Source: Eledone cirrhosa | Taxonomy: Eukaryota | NCBI GenBank assembly: GCA_964016885.1 | Contig: OZ024743.1 | Span: 98,332,001-98,396,000, forward strand | Reading direction: 5' to 3' | DNA: 64,000 bases | In this document: positions 56,813 through 64,000 of the stretch, one piece after another | How the letters are laid out: each line of letters opens with the position of its first letter | Position numbering within the stretch: position 1 is the stretch's first letter | Notes under the pieces: generated by a model | What the model was told of the DNA's origin: nothing | Seen by the model: the letters and a program-made list of their open reading frames with translations, nothing else | Databases searched by the model: none | Made by a program: the position numbers and the translations under genes

Positions 56813-59800
56813 CACTGTTGCTCGTATCAGCAGGAATTACTATAAATACTTGGTTCTATATATATATTTATTTGTGAATTACAGATGAAACTGAAACATT
56901 TTGTTTTTAATTAAAAAATAAATCATTAAAGATTTTCTAATTCTAACTAAAACCATATTTAATTGTTTTGGTGCTGCGTTATCTGCAGCCCCCACCAACA
57001 CAGTTGATAGAAACAAACATACATTTGAAAATAGGGATGGGTGGCTTTTAGTGTTTTGCTAAATAGAATATACTGGTTTACTTTTACTTGAGTGCTGTCA
57101 AATATGATAGCCCTCTTGTAATTAAACTAAACAACAAACACACATCAAGCATTTTAAGGCCATTTCCCCTGCTAAAGTAAGGGTTAGCCATGCAAGCCCA
57201 TATGACAGGCTTCATATCCATCATGGGATTCTTTGAGGGGCAATGTTTTACAGCTGGATGCCCTTCCTGGCACCAACCCTTTACCATTTACATTACTCTA
57301 TATTTACTATTGTATTTTCACAGTAAACATAACATCAAATCTATGAGATTTTGATGTTATTTATTTTGAGAAGGGTACCTTAATGTCAGTATGAATGGCC
57401 AGTTACAGCCGGTTTGAACAGAAAGAAGTGAGAGAGTTCTGGCCGGATATGGCCGTTTTAAATGCTAAAGGGTTGTCACCTCATATGACAGGCTGGGACC
57501 ACACAAAAATTATTTACATCATATATTACACATTATATGAATGTAACATGCATACTAGACTAAGTGATAGGCTAAGGAGATGAGTGTCTAAAATTGTAAG
57601 TGTCATTCTTAATCATGTTCTCTTTAAATTTGGTATTAACCCAAGACTGTCTTTACATGCACATAATAGAAAATCATGTTTATTATATTTTTTTAATAAA
57701 ATGTTCTCTTCTTTCATTGAATTTGTAATCAGTAATTAAAATAAGAGTTGATTTAAAGACATCTCCCTTTCCCTAATGATGAAATCTAAGTTATTGCAAG
57801 TTTTGTCTAGGTGTATACTTGAGTGCAATACTGCGAGCTAATGAGATATTTAGGAATTATACACTCCCTCCTTGCCTAGAGCAATAAGCTATACATCCTT
57901 ATAAAACCTAGACAGCAAGCCTAATCTCACTCAAATTACATTCTGCCATCTTTTAAAAGATGAGTGAAGAATACATTATATAATGTAATCTTAGATAACC
58001 CAGTGTGGCAGTCATGGCTGAAATCATATGTCTGCTTGATCAAGATTGACCTGGTGCTAAACAACTAATACATATCTCTATGTGAACTATAACCCTTGCC
58101 AAGTTCACTACAGTATTGATGAGCTATGAACTGTTGAACTTTCAGTTCACTAACAATACTGCAACTTCACACAACTGATTAATCTCTACATTTGCTAGGG
58201 CCACTCCATCACCGATGATGAGCTATGAATTGTCAGTAGATCAACTCTAACAATACATTTATTGTCAGTATCGGTAGAGGGTTGGAAACCATGCTTTCTA
58301 ACATAGTTACGTCCCTTTACAGTCTGAGTTCAAATCCCGCCGAGGTTAACAAAATAAAGTACCAGTAATGTACTGGGTAATTGCTGGCCTTGTGCCTAAA
58401 GTAGAAACTTATAATTTCTGGTCTTTGAGGGCTTGTGAAGGCCATGGGCCCCTACCTCCAGACCTACTAAGTAATTTTGTCGTTTTCTAATCACAATTGA
58501 AATATTAACATTCATCAAACAGTTATCTTTTCTATGCAAATATATTTTTAAATATCAAAATCACATTTCATCAATAAATATTCTTAGCCAATTCTTGGAA
58601 AAATGGAAAATATGTAATCTTGCTTATCAACATATCACAACCAATAAACATTCTGGTGAGAAAAACATAAAAGCTAAATATATTTTGTAAATAGATTTTT
58701 TTTTTTTTAATTTTATTTTTTCTTATTCATTTCTTGGTATTCTCTGAAAATTTGAAGCCAATATTTTTCATATTCCCTCTTCAAATAGGGACAAGTTATT
58801 GAGATATTTTCAGAATAAACATTAAAAATTGTTCATCAAAAGAACTTTTTAAAGAATATTATGGCATATATATATAAATTCTTTGATAACCATGTTTAAT
58901 TATGTATTACGAATTATATTAGGTATGAAAATCTTGTATTCATCATCATCATCATCGTTTAATGTCCATCTTCCACGCTAGCATGGGTAGGACGGGTTGA
59001 TCCTTAGAGAGAAAATCAGGTCTGTGGACCATGTTCAGCTCACCTGGGGCAGATTTTGGCTTGGTTTCTACAGCTGGATGCCCGTCCTAACACCAACCAC
59101 ATTTACAGTGATAAATTTAATAGCTAAAGTTGTTCTTATATTTTGAATGACTTAACTCTTTAGCATTTACTATTGTATTTTCGTGGTAAAGGCTTTATCT
59201 CACAATATTGAATCTGAGATTTTGATATTTATTTTGAGAATAGCTTATCAGTATGAATGGCCAGTTTGAACAGAAAGAGGTGAGAATTCTGGCTGGATAT
59301 GGCCAGTTTAAATGCTAAAGCGTTAAAGGTTTTTTTTTCAACATAGAAAAAAAATGTTGGTTATGATGTTTGTATTTCATTACAAATATAAAGTCTTCAC
59401 TATACTGTTTATTTCTTATCGTTAAGTACTGTCCGGTCTTGATTAGTTGAAAACCTAATTAGAAAGGTGCTTTGCATCTAAACAAATGCTGTAAGTTTTT
59501 CAAAGTTAGCAACTTGGGCACCTTTAACAGTCTAATCTGTTGCAAACTTGTGGGCCAGGTCTCCAGTTTGAAAATACCTTTCTCCTCCTCACCAGTCTCA
59601 GAGTCCTTGATAAGGGTCATAAGCACTGCCACTCCCTGTCTGATTGCAGTGTAAACACTGAGCTTTAGTATAAATATACTGATTTCTTATTTTCAATATA
59701 ATTGTTCCTCCTTATATATATACACCGTTAGAACTATATTTATGCATTTTGAACTGTTATGTTTTGCTTCCAGTCTCACACAATGGAGTAATGTTCAGCA

Positions 59801-60158
59801 AATCAAGTCTTCCAGTAGCTTATAACTTTTCTTCCTACGTTGTATTAAAAAAAATTCACAAAGGTTTACATTTATTAATATTGTTTCCAATCTTAGTCAA
59901 TAAAATAGTGCATAAGTGATTTAACTCAAGCTTAGCAGTATATTTATTTTGTTTGAAATCAGCTAAAAATATGAACAGTGGTGCACTAAAGTGAATGCAT
60001 TAAAACAAGCCTATACTCTGGGTTTGTTGTCTTCAGCCTTAAATGTAATTACTGGTGTTGATCAGTGACATTATCAATCCATACAATTGTTGACTTTATG
60101 TAAAAACTTAACACTTTATATATATATATATATTTTACACACACACACACATATCATA

Positions 60159-60794
60159 TATACTTGAATATAAGCCGACTCCCCTATTGTCTGAGAAATG
60201 GGCAAATTTCCAAACCCCCTTTTATAAGCCGAGGCAGCTAATCAAGACATTATGGCACAGTTCATATTCTCAAGAGTGAACAAAATATTTACAATGTTTA
60301 AAGCGTCTTTTCACAACCCCCTCCTACATTTTATTTCTTTATAATTAGAAAATAGAAAAGAAAAAAAATTCTAAAATATAATATAAAGTATTGGAGATAT
60401 ATTTATAGTTAAAGGCGTTTTAAAAAAAAAATGATTCCCTTTGACCAATATGGAGATCATTAGAAACACTAGGGGGAGATCGAAATAGGGAATAGTTTAA
60501 GAGACCATGTATAAGGGTGAAGAAGAGAGAGCAAGCTGGGGAAATAGAAGAAAACTAGATTGAAAGATAAAGTATAATTAAGTCACAGGCACACACGTGT
60601 GTGGGATATTTATGTATTAAAAAGTTTGAATAATAAATTATTGGAAATATTCTGAAGATAATACATAAATAAAACTCATAACGATATAATGAATGTAGAA
60701 AAACTTCATTGTGAAATAATCACTCCAGATATTTTAGTACCTTAATTACATAGAATTTGAAGTTGGTGAACATTGGCTTATATTCGAGTGTATA
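60159..60794. mobile_element. Tc1/pogo-type MITE
   Basis: TIRs TATACTTGAATATAAGCC / GGCTTATATTCGAGTGTATA. Confidence 0.65.
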
Positions 60795-60802
60795 CATAGA
60801 TA

Positions 60803-60834
<32 letters not shown>

Positions 60835-61532
60835 GCTACTGTATACATTCATTTTACCTCTCCACCTGGGCTGGTCCCTTTACCATGATGTAATTTCTTC
60901 AGAGAAAGCCCTTTGCTCATTTTATTTTACTGTGTCATTTTTGTAAGCACATTTTATAAAAGAAAATATTTGTATTATATATAAAATAAAATGCCTTTTC
61001 TTTTTATTGATGACTAGTTCTTTAATTATTTGATGTTTTTATAAGTTATTTCAAACTATGAAGCAGAAGAGATTCACAAATGACTTAAAAAAACAAAACG
61101 ATTCTAAGAAAATGTAGAAATCCCAAACGGATGGAGTTCAATTCTTTGTAAAGGCTGCTGGCCACTTTTTTTTTTTTTATCTATGGAGGTATTTTACCCA
61201 AATTTCTAAGCTATTATTTATACCAATCGACTATGGTTAGTTATTTTTTGCATTTGGGATTTTTACATTTTCTAAGAGTTTCAAACTCATCCAACTCCAT
61301 TTTTTAAGGAAAAAAATATATTTGATAGTTGTCCAAGTATTTTTACAATTAATCACATTTCCTGCTATGTCCTACCAGTATGTTCAAAATATTTCCCTCA
61401 GATTGATGATGATTATGGATTTTCCATCAGTTTCAACAATCAGCATTAAATTTGATCAACTAAACATCCAACTTGTGGTTGAATATTCCACAGGCATGTA
61501 CATTTCACATAACTCCGAAGCTGAATCAGTAT

Positions 61533-61757
61533 AAGGCCAGCAATTACCCAGTGTATTACTGGTACTTTATTTTATCGACCCCATAAGGATGAAAGGCAAA
61601 GTTAACCTCGGCGGGATTTGAACTCAGAACGGCCCTTGCCATTCTGAGTTCAAATCCCGCCGAGGTTAACTTTGCCTTTCATCCTTATGGGGTCGATAAA
61701 ATAAAGTACCAGTAATACACTGGGTAATTGCTGGCCTTGTGCCAAAAGTAGAAACAA
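61533..61757. repeat. Perfect inverted duplication of a SINE segment (97-bp arms, 12-nt spacer)
   Basis: 61533-61629 is the reverse complement of 61642-61738. Confidence 0.9.
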
Positions 61758-62989
61758 GTATGGCATAGTATATGACAAGGCCGGAAATTCAAATTAGATA
61801 CATCCATATGATAGGTTTCCATACAGTTTCTGTCTAACTTCACTCAAGGCTTGAGTCAGCCCTTATCCAAGATATCATAGTGGAATTGCATCCAAGTCTT
61901 CATGATTGTGAAATGAACTTCATAACCACTCAGCCTTGCTTGTATCCACATTAGCCTTCACTACCATTTCGTATTGTTTCTCAGTTAACAAGCATTACTA
62001 AGTTCTTTTATTGGATTCATTCATTGAACCACAGCCATGTTGAAGCTTTCAAGGGGTTTTTATCCCATCATATCAACTCCAGTACTTATTTCAGGATGGT
62101 ATTTAATTCATCAACCACCATTTCTTGAACTGCTAAGCTATAAAGCAGAAACAACATGGGTTTTGTTTTCACCAGTTTAAAGTAAGCACAGACACATATA
62201 TACAATAAACTTTTACACAACTTCTGCCAACAAAATTCAACAAAGTACTAATTGGTCTTGGTCAACATCAAGCTACAGCAAAAAACATCTAAAGTGTTGA
62301 AGAGTGTGATCAAACCCAGAACTATATGGTTACAAAGCAATCTTTACATGTCCAAGACAACACCTACATTATAGCATTCCTTTTTAAAACATGAATTATG
62401 TTTTGCAATCATGATTATCCTTCCACCATTTAAAGAAATAATTCTGAGAAGACAAGTATTGAGTTGAGTAACTTAAAGGGTTAAAGCAGCATAACAACTT
62501 GAACATTTACTTGTATATTTTCATAGTAAAGGCTTTACCTCATAATTATCTCACATAATATCAAATCTATGAGATTTTGATGTTATTTATTTTGAGAACA
62601 ATACATTAACATCAGTATGAGTGGCTGGTTACAGCCAGTTTGAACAGACAGACAAGAGAATTCTGGCTGGCTTAAATGCTAATCATATACAATTACATAG
62701 AATCATCATCATCGTTTAACATCCATTTTTCTATGCTAGTAGAGGTTAGACAAATAGTCTCGTGAAATATGTCAGATCAGATGACCATGTCTTGCTCAAA
62801 CAGAACTGTTTTGGGCTTGGTTTCTACGGCTGGATGCCTTTCCTAATGCCAACTACATTTACAGCATGGAATGGGTGCTTTTTATCATGGCACCAAAACG
62901 ACCAACTGACAAGTTAGACTCGGTGCTTTTTGTTTTGTCACCAACATGACCATCTTAGGGATGGTGATAATGATGGTGGATGCTAATAC

Positions 62990-63450
62990 TCAACATCATT
63001 TTACATATGCTTTTCCTTGCTTGCAATGGTAGGGCAGGTCTTCTTCAACACAACATCTCTCCATTTATCACAGTCCTTCGTCATCTCTGTGAGCTTCAGC
63101 TATCTGGGGTCAGCTCTCACCACCTCTGCCCATGTTTTTTGTGGTCTTCCGCTACTGTGTCTTTCTTGGCACTTCTTCACCCAGCAGTCATCATCAATGC
63201 ACATCACATGTCAATACCAACACAGTCTTCTCTCCTGCACACTATAGTTTATTCATCTTATACACAGTTTCACTCTCAACTCGTCCATGCTTGGTTGTTC
63301 ACACACATTGACATTGCACATCCATCGGAACATGCTTGCTTCATTTCTCTCCAGCCATTGCATATCGTCCACAGTTCCTGCATGTCTCACTACCATGCAA
63401 CATTGCACATTTCACACAGGCATCATACAACCAACCTTTTGTTCGGTTGT
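62990..63450 (-). mobile_element. Old RTE LINE 3' fragment
   Basis: Homologous to the C-terminal part of the 35675-37450 element (CTCACTACCATGCAACATTGC, CATGCTTGCTTCATTTCTCTCCAG). Confidence 0.65.
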
Positions 63451-64000
63451 ATGATGCCTGTGTTAATACTACAGAAATAAATTATCTTCAATAAGTTAAT
63501 GAATATTTTATTTACTGATATACCTGCATTTTTTTTTTTTTTTTTTTTTTTTTTTTGCATAAAAAAATTAAGATTTTGGAATTGTGGGGGAAATTGAAAG
63601 GAATACGAAATAATAAAAAAAAAAGGAATTATTTATTAGGATATGGATAATGTTTTGGAATGTAGCAATCACTAACTTATATAAATTCTATTTAACCTTT
63701 TGAAACCAAATCTGATACAAAATTTTTATGTTTATTATTTATCTAAAAACCTCCCATTATGTTATGTAAGAACTTTAGTTGTGGTCCAAACTCCAGTTCA
63801 ATTACAAGAATGTTATTTTACTAAATCCCTCCAAATCTTTGACTATTTTCAAAATTATTCGAAATATGGTAACAAAATGGTGAAACAATACTTCTAGATC
63901 TCAGGATAAATTGATGTTAAATTATTACTTATAACATTTAATGTTTTATTATAAAAAAAAAACTGTCATGAAGTGATGTTAATGAATTATTAAATACATT

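Overview
This is an AT-rich, microsatellite-dense animal genomic window. The SINE families and repeat landscape suggest octopus or another coleoid cephalopod, which is an inference. One host gene is supported: a 3-exon, 218-aa four-TM claudin/PMP22-family gene on + (33779-56812) with a ~20 kb first intron. Everything else is mobile DNA: a decayed CRE-clade LINE, a head-to-tail stack of Tx1/L1-clade LINE ends in (GATA)n, a full-length decayed Ty3/Gypsy-like LTR element with a 5-bp TSD, several RTE LINEs, Helitron pieces, tRNA-derived SINEs, and piggyBac-, hAT- and pogo-type MITEs. Two signals stand out. (1) There are many mutually unrelated fold-back (palindromic) elements in (TA)n tracts. Several carry minimal type-I hammerhead ribozyme motifs, and several share a TTGAGTRC motif about 20-26 nt past the arm end, which points to a Penelope-like non-autonomous hairpin-ribozyme system. 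(2) The LTR element's primer-binding site is complementary to the first 12 nt of tRNA-Phe rather than to a tRNA 3' CCA end. All coordinates and pairings were worked out by eye, and no database searches were run.
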